64,000 bases of DNA. It comes from Octopus vulgaris. Lineage: Eukaryota. Shown here piece after piece: positions 26,857-42,043 of this stretch (position 1 is its first letter; every line of letters begins with the position of its first letter). A program made the position numbers and the translations under genes. Where the stretch lies: contig OX597819.1 in assembly GCA_951406725.2 (NCBI GenBank), positions 37,138,001-37,202,000 on the forward strand. The letters run 5' to 3'. The notes beneath the pieces are model-generated. The model was not told the origin of the DNA, ran no database searches, and worked only from the letters and a program-made list of their open reading frames with translations.

Positions 26857-27713
26857 GTATGTATATCTATATATGTGTGTGTGTGTGTATAACATAACAT
26901 ATATGTAGCGGAACAGGCATCATTGTATCATTCTTTTTTGTTTTTCTCTTGTCATACCCATTAATCATATTTTCTTGCGTAATTATAAAACGAGGTTTGA
27001 GGTTTTAAGTGACTAAGAAATGGAAGGTTGCAACTTTCAATAGATTTAATTGTATATATTGGGAATGACACAGTCGGCATAATTCTTCGAGACAGATCAC
27101 AGTATAGTTACTCATGCCAAAAAGAGTGCGTATGTATAGTTGCATGACCTGCTTGACATAACCGCTTAATTCTCCCTCAAATCATGCACTACTGCATTTG
27201 AAAAGAGGTAAAATACTTTTGATAACACAATTCGTTGTACGCTATGCTTATAAGAAGAATGCATGATGGTCAAGGATGGCGCGCCTTTCATTACAGGCCA
27301 GTGAGTAAACGCCACACCAACACTAACAAGCTATTTGCTCATCATCATTATTTTAGGTCAAACAGTGTGTGTGGTGGGGGGGTGAATCTGTGGACCATAA
27401 GGAGATGCTCAAAGACACATATACATTATTCCTACATTGTTTTACGTACATTTATAGACAATAAATTGCAGACATGACTGAGTGGTAAGAAGCTTGTCTC
27501 CCAACCAAATGGTCTGGGTTTCAGTCACTGTGAGCGGTAGATTGGGCAATTGTTTTCCACTATAACCCCTGGCTGACCAAAGGATTTTGTTGGCGGAAAC
27601 TGAGAGATGCCCCTCGTATATATATGTTGTATATGTATGTATGTGTGTGTGCGTGTGCGTGCGTGTGTATACATATAAATGCATGTCTATATACATATAC
27701 ACATGTATATATA

Positions 27714-27907
27714 TCATCATCATCATCATCATCATTTAACATCTGTTTTCCATGCTAGCATGGGTTGGACGGTTCGACCGGGGTCTGGGAAGCCAGGAGG
27801 CTGCACCAGGCTCCAGTCTGATCAGGCAGTATTTCTACAGCTGGATGCCCTTCCTATCGCCAACCACTCCGTGAGTGTAGTAGGTGTTTTTTACGTGCCA
27901 CCGGTAC
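27714..27907 (-). mobile_element. SINE 3' part with RTE-like tail and (ATG)n end
   Basis: (cat)n then tttaacatctgttttccatgctagcatggg...ggatgcccttcctatcgccaacc. Confidence 0.65.
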
Positions 27908-27971
<64 letters not shown>

Positions 27972-28668
27972 GCATATAGAATATATCTATACACACACAC
28001 ATGTGCGCGTATGTGTGTCTTTGTATTTGTTCCTCACCACGGCTTGGCAACAGGTGTTTGTTTGTTTACATTCCCATAACTTAGTGCTTCGGAGAAGGAG
28101 ATTGATAAAATAATTGCCAAGCTTAGAAATAAGCACTGGGACCGATTTGTTTGAAACAAGTAAAATAATTTTAAAAAAAGAGCTTTATAAACTAATTACT
28201 GCAAATTTTAATGACTTCGAGTTTATCACATCTTACATTCGTTGTAATGACTAAAATTTAGATAGGAAAACTAAACGCAGACTCACAATGGCTAAGATAG
28301 ACATATCTTAGTGTTTCGGCTGAAAATCTAGTTCTTATCTCATCGTTGGGGCAAATAGGTTCCGCCTCAATAAGGTACAGCAGTAGGTAAAAAGGAAGAA
28401 TAATGTTGCTGCTGTTGGTAGTGGTGGTGGCGGTGGTGTTTAGTCGCAGGCCATATCCGGTTGACGAGAAATAAGACTAACAACATTGCAGCCATGAGCA
28501 TCCTGTTTTTCAGACAAAATATATCTCAAGCTATATTATCCAATATGTCCTTCCTTTTTGAAAGAGACGGCAGAGTGTGATTTGAAGAAGGTTAGACTGC
28601 TATTTCTAGCTTGTTGGGATTGGCCAAAACAACGCGATGGTTGAAATATGGAAGAATGAGAGACTGCT

Positions 28669-28759
<91 letters not shown>

Positions 28760-29129
28760 CATGGTGGAATGATAGAGCCAGTAAATCGACGAAAGAAATG
28801 CCTTGTATTATTTAGTTACTGCTCTTTACGTTCCTGTTTCAAACACCACCGACTGCAACTTTGTCATATTCTTTTAGGCAGCGAATTCATAGATTTGATA
28901 GAATGCAGAAAAGAATGCTTTCCAGCTTTCTGTGTTCTATGTTCAAATCCTGCTGACGCGCCTTTCTTCTTTTGACGATTAAAAGAATTCCCACCAAAGA
29001 GACAGCGGTTAGTTCTCTCTGGTTTTTTTTCGCTCTATTTCTCTCTCTCTCTCCTTCTTTCTCTATTTCTCCCGCTTTCTCTTTGAGAGAAATCGATGGT
29101 AGTTAGAGTAAATCGACGAACAAACCTTG

Positions 29130-29692
29130 CAAGGAAGCACGATGATGTGACGTTCACCAAACCAGGCAGTGGTTGTGTAGTGTTGTGTGAAGGTACTAAA
29201 TCTTGCGAGAATCGAAATTCTCCATCACCAAACAACTTGTCGGCGAAATTATGAAGTGCTCCATGATCCCTTGGTAAGCAGTTGTGTTCACTGTGACCCT
29301 AATGGAACGCAATAGCCCAAAACCTGCATACGATAAGGTGATCTACACCATCTCTGTATGCAGCAAGCTGACGCTGGACTTCAAACAGGCGGGATAGTAG
29401 AGTTTTGAGAGAGCGCTGGACAGGCATAGAATACTAACCAAAGCAACATCTGCTTTGTTTTCTTATCATTACTCTATGTGCATCCTCGAACAGATAACTC
29501 ACTTAACCTGAACTCCCTCGAGAATCTGTTGCATGGTTAAGTCAAAGATGACCAACTTGTATACCGGCAATCAGAACTGAAGGATGCTATTGAAATCACC
29601 TAGGCTTCTGTGACATCTAATGAAGCATTATAGATTGGTTTCTTCCCTGCCTCGACAGCCGCCGAGACAAAGAAGCTCCAACCAAGTACTGT
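29130..29692. mobile_element. Tc1 transposase fossil with internal inversion
   Basis: - strand 29130-29400: PACLKSSV, DKLFGDGEFRFSQDLVPSH, AWFGERHIIVLP; + strand 29491-29692: NLNSLENL, ELKDAIE, APTKY. Confidence 0.8.
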
Positions 29693-29891
29693 CAATCTAT
29701 ACCTTTCTTTTGATTTTTTTATCAACTTGCCCATTGAAGTCATAAATAGTAACTTATATCAACAAAATACTTGGAACAGATCTCTTTAGATTTAGTCAGT
29801 CTAATACAATACTAATTCCAATGTTCTGACTTACCTATCAACAAATATCCATCCATAATACTTCAATTTTTGGCGAAGCACATGTCAACGG

Positions 29892-29947
<56 letters not shown>

Positions 29948-30149
29948 AAATGGCTGACGGTTAGTAAGGAGAGACACAAATAAGAAAGAAGAAAACAAAG
30001 GACCACTGATGCGGTCACAGGAGTGTGACAAAAGAACTCTGGCCGAAATAAGATTAAGATTAATGTAAAAAATAAATGACACTGAAGCAAAATAACACCA
30101 AATATATAGTGCGTCTGTTTTTATTAAACTGGCAAAACCATTCCGAAAT

Positions 30150-30239
<90 letters not shown>

Positions 30240-31834
30240 TGTGGTGTTTTTAAGGAAAAACATTTTAAATCATTTAATTAATTTAATAATTAAAAATTTT
30301 CAAATAACTATTTCGATTTATTGGGCATACACCTGAGCTTTATGGAGATAAAACATAAATAGAAAGAAAAGAATACACATATGTTGTTTATAACTTATCC
30401 ACTCCTAAGATTGTATACATGAAAATAATGAAAAGCATTTTCCTCAAACGAAGTGAAAAATCAGAAAAACGAAACATGAAAAGAGGAAAACAATTGTATA
30501 AATTGTTTCATCAGGAAATAATATATTTTATGTACTTATTATTCATAGTTGCAAATATGTATATAAATATAGTTTACTTAGTGTTAACATATTATATACA
30601 GGTAGTATAAAGCCAGTTTGAAAGAATTATCGGTTACGTAAACAAATTATAATTATTGATTAATAATATATTTATTTTGTCAAGAAGGAGAAACAACTGT
30701 CGGATATGTTTCATTCTTATTATGGCCTCATCAGAGAAGCAAAGGCTTCGCCGTACTTACTGATCTAATGATGACAGAATCAGTAAGTAATTATACAGTA
30801 ACGTACACAGATTAGTATAGAAAACTAAGATAAAATTGCTTGGAAAATACATTATTCAGAGACATCGTCGGTAGAAAAATAAAACAATGGCTAAGTCAGT
30901 GCCAACGTGTTTAATAGAGTGGGAATTAATATGTTTGTAAAACATATCGTATATTCTGTATGATGTTTTATATATGTTTTATGTGTGTGTGTTTGTGTAT
31001 GTTTTGCATGTGCTTGTGTGTATGTATTTATATTCTCACCTATGGTGAAGATACTGAAGAGGAATAATAATGAAGATGATGGTTACTTTTATAATCTTGT
31101 CATATTAAGAATGGATAGAATGAGAAAGGCGAAGTGATAAATGAGTAATAATACCAAAAAGTTTTCTATGTGATTCAGTATAAATGCAAACATCCGTAAG
31201 TATAAGTGCAAATACGAGTATCGACAATGTGTGTGAGAAAATATATGTGTGTGTTATGTGTGTGTGAATTTAAAATTACATTAAACACAACTCTTGACAC
31301 ATGAAAGGAAATAAAAAGAAACAATTATTTTTTTAAACACCAAGTGTGAATTCTGTTGTCTAAATATAATGTTTACCAAACCGGAATCAACAATTATATT
31401 TTTTCTAGTTTTGTTTTATTTTATTTGTTTCGTATATTTATTTCCTAAATTAAAGATACCTCCATCCATAATAACTATAAGCTTGCATCACTCTGTATTA
31501 AATTCCGCACAAGCAATGAAAGACGTCGAGAAATATATATGCGGTTCTATGTGTGAAATATATTTTAGGGTTAAAACCAAAGAGGCAGCTGGACACTAAG
31601 GGATTCATAGGGTCGATACTGAACTCAGATTTATTAAACATTAATTTCATGGGTGTGAACTCGTCATTTTATTTCATTGCTTAATCGGGTAAACTCCTGG
31701 TTTAACGGCTAAATGACATTATTAAATGTGTGTGTATGGATGGATGTACGTATGTACACACAAGCGCGCGCACACATACACACACAAATACGCACACACA
31801 TATATATATGTATAGTATATATATGTATATATAT

Positions 31835-31896
<62 letters not shown>

Positions 31897-32452
31897 GAGT
31901 GAGAGAGCAGCGCATGCCATCTAAGTGACACTGGGGTAAAATATACGAAGCCCAGTATACCCATCATGACTACCCGTCTGATAAGGGTACACCAGGCACA
32001 TGCACCACAACCATATGTGCGCGACATGGTAATCTCATATCAAGATAAACAGCACAGGACCTTGCAGGTGGGGCCCAGTTAGAATTTTTTCTTCTGGTCG
32101 AGTAACCCATCCGCTCAAAAGGTCCCTGAATAAGGATTGTTTAAGGACGTTGAATGAAACACCCATGTTTCCAGAGGTGAATTATTCAAACCCCAAAGAA
32201 TCCCTCTCAACACATGGCTATGATGCTCCCCCACTACTTCTGCTCATGATCAGAGATGCACATATCGTCAGCCACTAAGGGACATGCTCAATTGGTTACG
32301 GTCAAACAACTAACAAGCAAATCTGTGGTATTGAGCAGAATATTTGCTGTAGCCCATCTTTTATACCAAGACAAAACAATGTACATGATAACACTTCCAA
32401 TCAGTTAAGATGAGAAGCCATGAGAACCACTGCCTGGTACTGCACCAGGGCA
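31897..32452 (-). mobile_element. (TAA)n-embedded ORF-less element, copy C (full length, ~555 bp)
   Basis: gagtgagagagcag...ctgcaccagggca between long (ATT)n tracts. Confidence 0.9.
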
Positions 32453-32480
32453 TTTATTATTATTATTATTATTATTATTA

Positions 32481-32586
<106 letters not shown>

Positions 32587-33040
32587 ACTACAATATTATT
32601 CTCTAGCGGAATAAAGCACCGTAAAGGTAGATTTATAAATAGGAAGTAGTGGCACACAAAAGATACCAATTTTTGCTGGAAATAGTAGTCGATAATCGTT
32701 CGATGCTAGGTAAAGTTTCACTGGATGTGTAGAGGCAAAGATGTGTGCGGGCGGCAAATATAAACAACTTTCGTCTTAACTCAAGGTATACCGCCAGAGA
32801 AATGAACAACCTAGGACTCACGTTTGGGACTTTACAGTATACGTTTATTAGCATAAAAAATGGTCCTCGGCAGCTAGGTCCACCAAGGAGACTAAATTTA
32901 AAATATCTGCTACACCAGTGCCTGTATATTCGGCCAATAGCGTCAGCCATAAACAGAACCGAGATCAGGACCAATCAGTTTAACGATAACAAACGTATTC
33001 TGAAAAGTCAGTGTGTACAGTTATACATTTATACATGTAT

Positions 33041-33414
33041 ACTCTTTACTCTTTTACCTGTTTCAGTCATTTGACTGCGGCCATGCTGGAGCACCCACCT
33101 TTAGTCGAGCAAATCGACCCCAGGACTTTGTAAGCCTTGTACTTATTCTGTCGGTCTCTTTTGCCGAACTGCTAAGTTACGGGGATATGAACACACCAGC
33201 ATCGGTTGTCAAGCGATGTTGGGAGGACAAACACAGACACACACATATATATATATACATATACACGACAGGCTTCTTTCAGTTTCCGTCTACCAAATCC
33301 ACTCACAAGGCTAGGTCGGCCCGAGTCTATAGTAGAAGAACACTTGCCCAAAGTGCCACGGAGCGGGACTGAACCCGGAACCATGTGGTTGGTAAGCAAG
33401 CTACTTCCTGCGCC
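33041..33414 (-). mobile_element. SINE family B, near full length
   Basis: Antisense match to 22580-23080 and 58324-58736. Confidence 0.88.
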
Positions 33415-33445
<31 letters not shown>

Positions 33446-33612
33446 ATTTATTATATATATATAAAAGAGGCGGCGAGCTGGCAGAAACGTCAGCACGCCG
33501 GGCGACGTAGCGTATTTCGTCTGCCGTTACGCCAAATTCCGCCGAGGTCGACTTTGCCTTTCATCCTTTCGGGTCGATAATAGTACCAGTTACGCACTGG
33601 GGTTGATGTATC

Positions 33613-33675
<63 letters not shown>

Positions 33676-34266
33676 GATATATATATATGTGCATAAATGC
33701 ATGTACATGTATGTATGTGTGCATATATGTATATGTATATACATATATGTATGTGCAATTGTGCAGTGCCATTTAGGCTGAAATTGCATGACAAACAACT
33801 AATATTTAGAAATCCATGCTCTTTCTCATAAAACCAAAGACAAGAGCAAGTATTACAAGTTTGCCTTGCTTGGTATCCACAGTTAGAAAGATAACAGAAT
33901 ATATATAGATAAAGCAAAACAAAGCAGATTTTGTTCATAATTTACATCTTACAAGTATCTCATTAATAATGAAAAATAATCTTATATAAAGAAAACCTTA
34001 TAAGCAGATTACGTTATCAGTTCAGTGATACTGTAAAACTTTTTAACAACTTTTAAGATTCTTACTGGACTGTTCACAGTCTTTCCATAGTGAAAACCAT
34101 AGCTGCTATACGCTAACACTAGAACAAGAATTTTCATAAACAGGTAGTATACGGAAATTCTGTCGTCATTGCGACCATCTGAAGAATCCATCGCATAGCA
34201 AATCTTCGAAGTTATTGTCATTCTTTTCCTTGGAAAAGTATATATATATATATATATATATATATA

Positions 34267-34604
34267 GGAGGGGAAGCTCTCCGTCGGTTACGACGACGAG
34301 GGTTCCGGTTGATCCGATCAACGGAACAGCCTGCTCGTGTAAGTGGCTGAGCACTCCACAGACACGTGTACCCTTAACGTAGTTCTCGGGGATATTCAGC
34401 GTGACACAGAGAGTGACAAGGCTGGCCCTTTGAAATACAGGTACAACAGAAACAAACAAGAAGTAAGAGTGAGAGAAAGTTGTGGAGCATCGTGGAGCTT
34501 TAGGTGTTTTCGCTCAATAAACACTCACAACGCCCGGTCTGGGAATCGAAACCGCGATCCTACGACCGCGAGTCCGCTGCCCTAGCCACTGGGCCATTGC
34601 GCCT

Positions 34605-34607
<3 letters not shown>
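34267..34607 (-). mobile_element. SINE family C (tRNA-Arg-like head); duplicated at 36830-37169
   Basis: - strand ggaggcgcaatggcccagtggctagggcagcggactcgcggtcgtaggatcgcggtttcgattccc with A- and B-boxes. Confidence 0.85.
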
Positions 34608-34694
<87 letters not shown>

Positions 34695-34960
34695 ATATAT
34701 ATATATATATATCATATCAATAAAACCTGTGAGGGGCACCGCTATACATACAAATGTTTGTGTACATACATGTACTCACTTTTACACACACACACACACG
34801 CACACAAACAATATTTATATGTATGATAGCGGTGCCCCAGTATGGTCACAGCCTTAAGTTGACACAATCAATAAAACCTGAGTATACATACATGGGTATA
34901 CATACTACTTATACACACACACACGCACACAAACAATATTTATATATATATATATATATA

Positions 34961-35023
<63 letters not shown>

Positions 35024-35204
35024 AAGCAATTAAGATTCAAGTAACTTCCAATGAATTGACTTGAATGTGGTACTTAACTTAGTTGCACCAGAAAAACTAT
35101 ATGGTGTTATCCATACAGTAATGTGGGGTGATTATAAACGAGAAAGAAGCAACAAGAATGGATTGGTTTTTAGTAAACCAATCCATTCTTGTTGCTTCTT
35201 TCTC

Positions 35205-35259
<55 letters not shown>

Positions 35260-35430
35260 GCTATTTGTTGTGTCAGCTTAAGGCTGTGACCATACCGGGG
35301 CACCGCTATCATACATATAAATATTGTTTGTGTGCGTGTGTGTGTGTGTGTAAGTAGTATGTATGTACCCATGTATGTATACTCAGGTTTTATTGATATA
35401 ATTTACTGTTAGAATGATGTATTGTTATCA

Positions 35431-35793
35431 TCTCTCTATATATAAACGGCAAAATGTCGGCGTGTGTGTCTTTTATACAAATCCACAATTTTTCAGTTAA
35501 AGGGCTCGCACTTTTTATGGTCATTCAAAACCGTCCAAGGGTGGTCGTGCACATCTTACATTTCCCCAGTCACCCCACAAAGCCATTAGAAAGTTAATAG
35601 AAGTGACTTTTTTGTGAATTTTCTATCCAAAACCCAATTAAAATGCCCAAAACTTGATATGCCAATTGAAAGCCAGCTAGCTGTATGTGATTGGTCGGAG
35701 ATTTGGACAATACTCGCGTGTATGTGCACACGCACGCAGCTGTATATGCATAGACTAGCACTATGACCCGGCGTTGCCAGGTCATAGTGCTAG
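35431..35793 (+). mobile_element. Non-autonomous Helitron; duplicated at 38057-38419
   Basis: A|TC 5' end (tctctctatatataaac), terminal hairpin, CTAG|T 3' end, no TSD. Confidence 0.85.
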
Positions 35794-35869
35794 TTAAGTA
35801 TAATCTTCAACGATACTGAGATACGTATCTACATTAGATCAACACAAATCTCTCATCTTTATACTTATA

Positions 35870-35942
<73 letters not shown>

Positions 35943-35988
35943 AAGCATCGGTTGTCAAGCGATGTTGGGAGGACAAACACAGACACAG

Positions 35989-36025
<37 letters not shown>

Positions 36026-36172
36026 CACGACAGGCTTCTTTCAGTTTCCGTCTACCAAATCCACTCACAAGACTTTGGTCGGCCCGAGGCTATAGTAGAA
36101 GACACTTGTGCCACGCAGTGGGACTGAACCCGGAACCATGTGGTTGGTACTTACCACACAGCCACTCCAGCG

Positions 36173-36240
<68 letters not shown>

Positions 36241-36798
36241 GATATATATATATGTGCATAAATGCATGTACATGTATGTATGTGTGCATATATGTATATG
36301 TATATACATATATGTATGTGCAATTGTGCAGTGCCATTTAGGCTGAAATTGCATGACAAACAACTAATATTTAGAAATCCATGCTCTTTCTCATAAAACC
36401 AAAGACAAGAGCAAGTATTACAAGTTTGCCTTGCTTGGTATCCACAGTTAGAAAGATAACAGAATATATATAGATAAAGCAAAACAAAGCAGATTTTGTT
36501 CATAATTTACATCTTACAAGTATCTCATTAATAATGAAAAATAATCTTATATAAAGAAAACCTTATAAGCAGATTACGTTATCAGTTCAGTGATACTGTA
36601 AAACTTTTTAACAACTTTTAAGATTCTTACTGGACTGTTCACAGTCTTTCCATAGTGAAAACCATAGCTGCTATACGCTAACACTAGAACAAGAATTTTC
36701 ATAAACAGGTAGTATACGGAAATTCTGTCGTCATTGCGACCATCTGAAGAATCCATCGCATAGCAAATCTTCGAAGTTATTGTCATTCTTTTCCTTGG

Positions 36799-36829
<31 letters not shown>

Positions 36830-37166
36830 GGAGGGGAAGCTCTCCGTCGGTTACGACGACGAGGGTTCCGGTTGATCCGATCAACGGAACAGCCTGCTCG
36901 TGTAAGTGGCTGAGCACTCCACAGACACGTGTACCCTTAACGTAGTTCTCGGGGATATTCAGCGTGACACAGAGAGTGACAAGGCTGGCCCTTTGAAATA
37001 CAGGTACAACAGAAACAAACAAGAAGTAAGAGTGAGAGAAAGTTGTGGAGCATCGTGGAGCTTTAGGTGTTTTCGCTCAATAAACACTCACAACGCCCGG
37101 TCTGGGAATCGAAACCGCGATCCTACGACCGCGAGTCCGCTGCCCTAGCCACTGGGCCATTGGCCT

Positions 37167-37271
<105 letters not shown>

Positions 37272-37333
37272 GTATTTTTGTGTCAGCTCCCATGTATGTA
37301 TACTCAGGTTTTATTGATATGATATATATATAT

Positions 37334-37425
<92 letters not shown>

Positions 37426-37576
37426 CATATCAATAAAACCTGAGTATACATACATGGGTACATACATACTACTTACACACACACACACACGCACACAAAC
37501 AATATTTATATGTATGATAGCGGTGCCCCAGTATGGTCACAGCCTTAAGTTGACACAACAAATGCTATATATATAC

Positions 37577-37650
<74 letters not shown>

Positions 37651-37831
37651 AAGCAATTAAGATTCAAGTAACTTCCAATGAATTGACTTGAATGTGGTAC
37701 TTAACTTAGATGCACCAGAAAAACTATATGGTGTTATCCATACAGTAATGTGGGGTGATTATAAACGAGAAAGAAGCAACAAGAATGGATTGGTTTTTAG
37801 TAAACCAATCCATTCTTGTTGCTTCTTTCTC

Positions 37832-37869
<38 letters not shown>

Positions 37870-38492
37870 TATATGTATATATATAGCTATTTGTTGTGTC
37901 AGCTTAAGGCTGTGACCATACCGGGGCACCGCTATCATACATATAAATATTGTTTGTGTGCGTGTGTGTGTGTGTGTAAGTAGTATGTATGTACCCATGT
38001 ATGTATACTCAGGTTTTATTGATATAATTTACTGTTAGAATGATGTATTGTTATCATCTCTCTATATATAAACGGCAAAATGTCGGCGTGTGTGTCTTTT
38101 ATACAAATCCACAATTTTTCAGTTAAAGGGCTCGCACTTTTTATGGTCATTCAAAACCGTCCAAGGGTGGTCGTGCACATCTTACATTTCCCCAGTCACC
38201 CCACAAAGCCATTAGAAAGTTAATAGAAGTGACTTTTTTGTGAATTTTCTATCCAAAACCCAATTAAAATGCCCAAAACTTGATATGCCAATTGAAAGCC
38301 AGCTAGCTGTATGTGATTGGTCGGAGATTTGGACAATACTCGCGTGTATGTGCACACGCACGCAGCTGTATATGCATAGACTAGCACTATGACCCGGCGT
38401 TGCCAGGTCATAGTGCTAGTTAAGTATAATCTTCAACGATACTGAGATACGTATCTACATTAGATCAACACAAATCTCTCATCTTTACAATA

Positions 38493-38561
<69 letters not shown>

Positions 38562-38607
38562 AAGCATCGGTTGTCAAGCGATGTTGGGAGGACAAACACA
38601 GACACAG

Positions 38608-38644
<37 letters not shown>

Positions 38645-38793
38645 CACGACAGGCTTCTTTCAGTTTCCGTCTACCAAATCCACTCACAAGACTTTGGTCG
38701 GCCCGAGGCTATAGTAGAAGACACTTGTGCCACGCAATGGCACTGAACCCGGAACCATGTGGTTGGTACTTACCACACAGCCACTCCTGCGCC

Positions 38794-38844
<51 letters not shown>

Positions 38845-39330
38845 ATAAATGCATATGCATGTATGTATGTGTGCATATATGTATATGTATGTGCAATTAT
38901 GCGGTGCGATTTAGGCTGAAATTGCATGACAAACAACTAATATTTAGAAATCCATGCTCTTTCTCATAAAACCAAAGACAAGAGCAAGTATTACAAGTTT
39001 GTCTTGCTTGGTCTCCACAATTAGAAAGATAACAGAATACTTATAGATAGAGCAAAACAAAGCAGATTTTGTTCATAATTTACATCTTACAAGTATCTCA
39101 TTAATAATGAAAAATAATCTTATATAAAGAAAACCTTATAAGCAGATTACGTTATCAGTTCAGTGATAGTGTAAAACTTTTTAGCAACTTTTAAGATGTT
39201 TACTGGACTGTTCGCAGTCTTTCCATATTGAAGACCATAGCTGCTACACGCTAAAACTAGAACAAGAATTATTGTCATTCTTTTCCTTGGAAAAGTATAT
39301 ATGTGTGTGTATACATATATAAATATACAT

Positions 39331-39380
<50 letters not shown>

Positions 39381-39413
39381 GTATGTATGTATATATATAT
39401 ATATACATATATA

Positions 39414-40769
39414 TCTCTTATTATAAAAGGCAGATTTTATCTGCCTCCCTTTGTCTCTTATAGAAATCTAAAATATAGGATTTCTTCAATTACAATTTAC
39501 CTAGCATTTTTAAGAGTAGAATACATCGGGTCGTGCCAGGTCCAGTTTTTCAAATTTCAACCCCAATTAAGCAAAATTTCGAGAAAACTCACATTGTGGT
39601 GTGTAAGTGAAGTGCTTTTCTTAGTGTGGGCTACAGCACACACACGCACACACACACAAAAACGGAGAGATCTGCTTCACTCACGCTATCACCCTAATTT
39701 CTCCTCCTTTCTCTTTGCAGGTGTGCAACGATTAAAGTGAAAGTATTTATATAAAACGGATCACTCATGCTATCACCATAATTTCTCATACTTTCTCTTT
39801 GCAAGTGTACCTTAAACCACTACTCAAAACAAAACACAGCAAACAGAAACAAATAAATACATAACGATTTACTCCTCACACAATTTCTTCAATTAGAGTT
39901 TACTTATGATTTTTCAAAGTACTTCCATTCGGTCATGACATACAAAATTTCTTTCAATTTCACCCCCATTTTAGAAAAAATTCGAGAAAACTACCATTTC
40001 ACTTCAAAGCCTTTACTCTGCATATTACTCCCACTTCCTATTTTACACACATAGACACGCAAATATATAAATAAAATTGTAAGCTAACGTGTGTGTGTGT
40101 GTGTGTGTGTGCGTGTGTGTGAGTGTGTGTGTGTGCGTGTGTGTGTGTGAGGGTGCGTGTGTGTGTGTGTGTGTGCGTGTGTGTGACAGGGATGAGCCAG
40201 TCAGACTGGTCATCCTTTTTGCTACACCACTGGTTTTCAGTTCATATTCATCAAATTAATATTCACAACAAGAAGGCCTATTCATTATTATACATCAGTT
40301 CCACATATTTACCCTGGTTCCATTTCGGACAACTGCACAAATATTTGCCATTTCACACATGTATGTAAACAAATTCCTTTCTTAAAAATTTCAATTCATT
40401 TTATTTTTCAATTCATACAAAGTTTTTTAGGACGAATATAAGATCTAAAGTATATCCAAGTAGCAGAAACATCGCCCAAAAGTGTATATAGATATTTAAA
40501 TGTATTTATATATTCATCTATACACAGATGTATGTATAATGTGTCTGTATATATTTCCATAGACGTAACCATTCACTCCGCACAAAGTTTTTTAGGACGA
40601 AAATAAGATCTAAAGTTATCTCTAAGAAAAAGAAAGATCGCCCAAAAGTGTATATAGATATTTAAATGTATTTATATATTCATCTATACACACATGTATG
40701 TATAATGTGCGTGTATATATTTCCATAGAGGTAACCATTCAATCCATACAAAGTTTTTTAGGACGAAAA
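39414..40769 (+). mobile_element. Probable Helitron-like element, 3' end lost, with internal ~165-bp tandem repeat (40417-40769)
   Basis: 5' tctcttattataaaaggcag; acaaagttttttaggacgaa recurs at 40417, 40582, 40748. Confidence 0.5.
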
Positions 40770-41620
40770 TCTTTATATATAAAAGAAAGGTTGTGTGTCT
40801 GTCTACTCCGATTTAGATTCCTAACTACTCCCACATTTTGCGATGCAGTTTAACCAAAACCGGGTATCTTATAGTCGTGATTCATATCGAGCCCGTCTGG
40901 GTATTAGCGCGCGTCTACGATGAGTCTACGATTTTACAAATAATTTACCATCATTTTTTTCCATTTTAATGCATATTTTTTTAATAAAGGGAAGTAACTC
41001 TCAAACTTCACACCAATATGCGTGCTCATATGCAACGTAATATCACATCAGCAGCATTTCCTCACACCCTCCTTGCACTTGGCGAAGGCAGAATACCAGG
41101 GGATGAAACTGGTAATATTGCCATCGATTCCATTTGTACCTTTGTTTAGACGCCTTCTGATCTCAGAGATGCAGTGTTCCCAGATCTACAAGCTAATTAT
41201 CAGAATATGGATTGGATTGGATTGGCCAAAGGGCTATTCTGGCCCCGAGGAATAAAACTGTTCACCATATTAATGATGAAATGCTAAAACTCATTCCTGG
41301 GGAAGTCTATGTATATCAGTCTATCGATACAACTCCTGACCTAGAGGACGTCATCAATTATCCAATAGAGGTACTCAATTCCTTTGAGCACCCCGGACTA
41401 CCACCACACTTTCTCAAACTTAAAGTTGGTGCCCCTATAATGCTCATCAGATATTTGGTTCCCCCAAAACAATGCAATGGCACACGTTTGATCGTTAAGT
41501 CCTTATCTCCCACCGTAAACTTATATCAATATTTGCCTGAATAATCATCATAATTCAGTGCAATCATTAACAGTACTTTCAAGCAATTCAGCCCCGAGCA
41601 ACGCCGGGCAATTCTGCTAG
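40770..41620 (+). mobile_element. Internally deleted Helitron with Pif1-helicase fragment
   Basis: A|TCtttatatataaaag start; LALGEGRIP...RAILAPRN...GLPPHFLKLKVGAPIMLIR...CNGTRL; hairpin cccgagcaacgccggg then CTAG|T. Confidence 0.92.
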
Positions 41621-42043
41621 TATATATATATAATATTAGGGAGTATATCCAAACTTACAGGGACACTAGATTTAGGATTAAATCAAATTTCACAGTATAA
41701 ATGTAAATTAAAAATTTATCTCTAATTTAATTTATATATATATATAATTTATATATAGACATTATATATACATAATTTATATATATATAATTTATATATA
41801 GAAATTATATATATAATTTATATATATATACATGTATATATAAACATAGTAAATAGGGTAATAAAAAATAAATTATTATTACCAGTGTCCCAGCACAAAA
41901 GACGAATTAGTCATTAGACTATATATTATTCATATAGAAATACATTAAAAGGCTTCCAAATAAGGAAGCGCTGTGCTAGACACACAAAAAGGGATAAATT
42001 CATGAAAGGAATGAAAATCAAAAACGTTTACCATCTCAGTTAA

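Noticed and set aside
30006-30060. Hammerhead-like ctgatgc...ggccgaaa (also 30700-30740 on -, and 53268)
   Set aside because: Core substitutions and no stem I or stem II pairing.
32425-32452. cctggtactgca resembling the U2 snRNA 3' stem
   Set aside because: About 12 nt only; no branch-pairing region or Sm site.
32633-33074. Overlapping 113-aa and 109-aa ORFs (also 20421-20783)
   Set aside because: No recognisable motif; consistent with chance or unidentified repeat debris.
34530-34607. tRNA-Arg-like sequence (also 37090-37169, 48760-48834)
   Set aside because: SINE heads; acceptor stem does not pair and a SINE body follows.
40417-40769. CRISPR-like repeat-spacer array
   Set aside because: The intervening sequences are also repeated, so it is a plain tandem repeat; eukaryotic context, no cas genes.
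41212-41544. Host PIF1 gene
   Set aside because: Fragment with upstream stop and frameshift, enclosed by Helitron termini.
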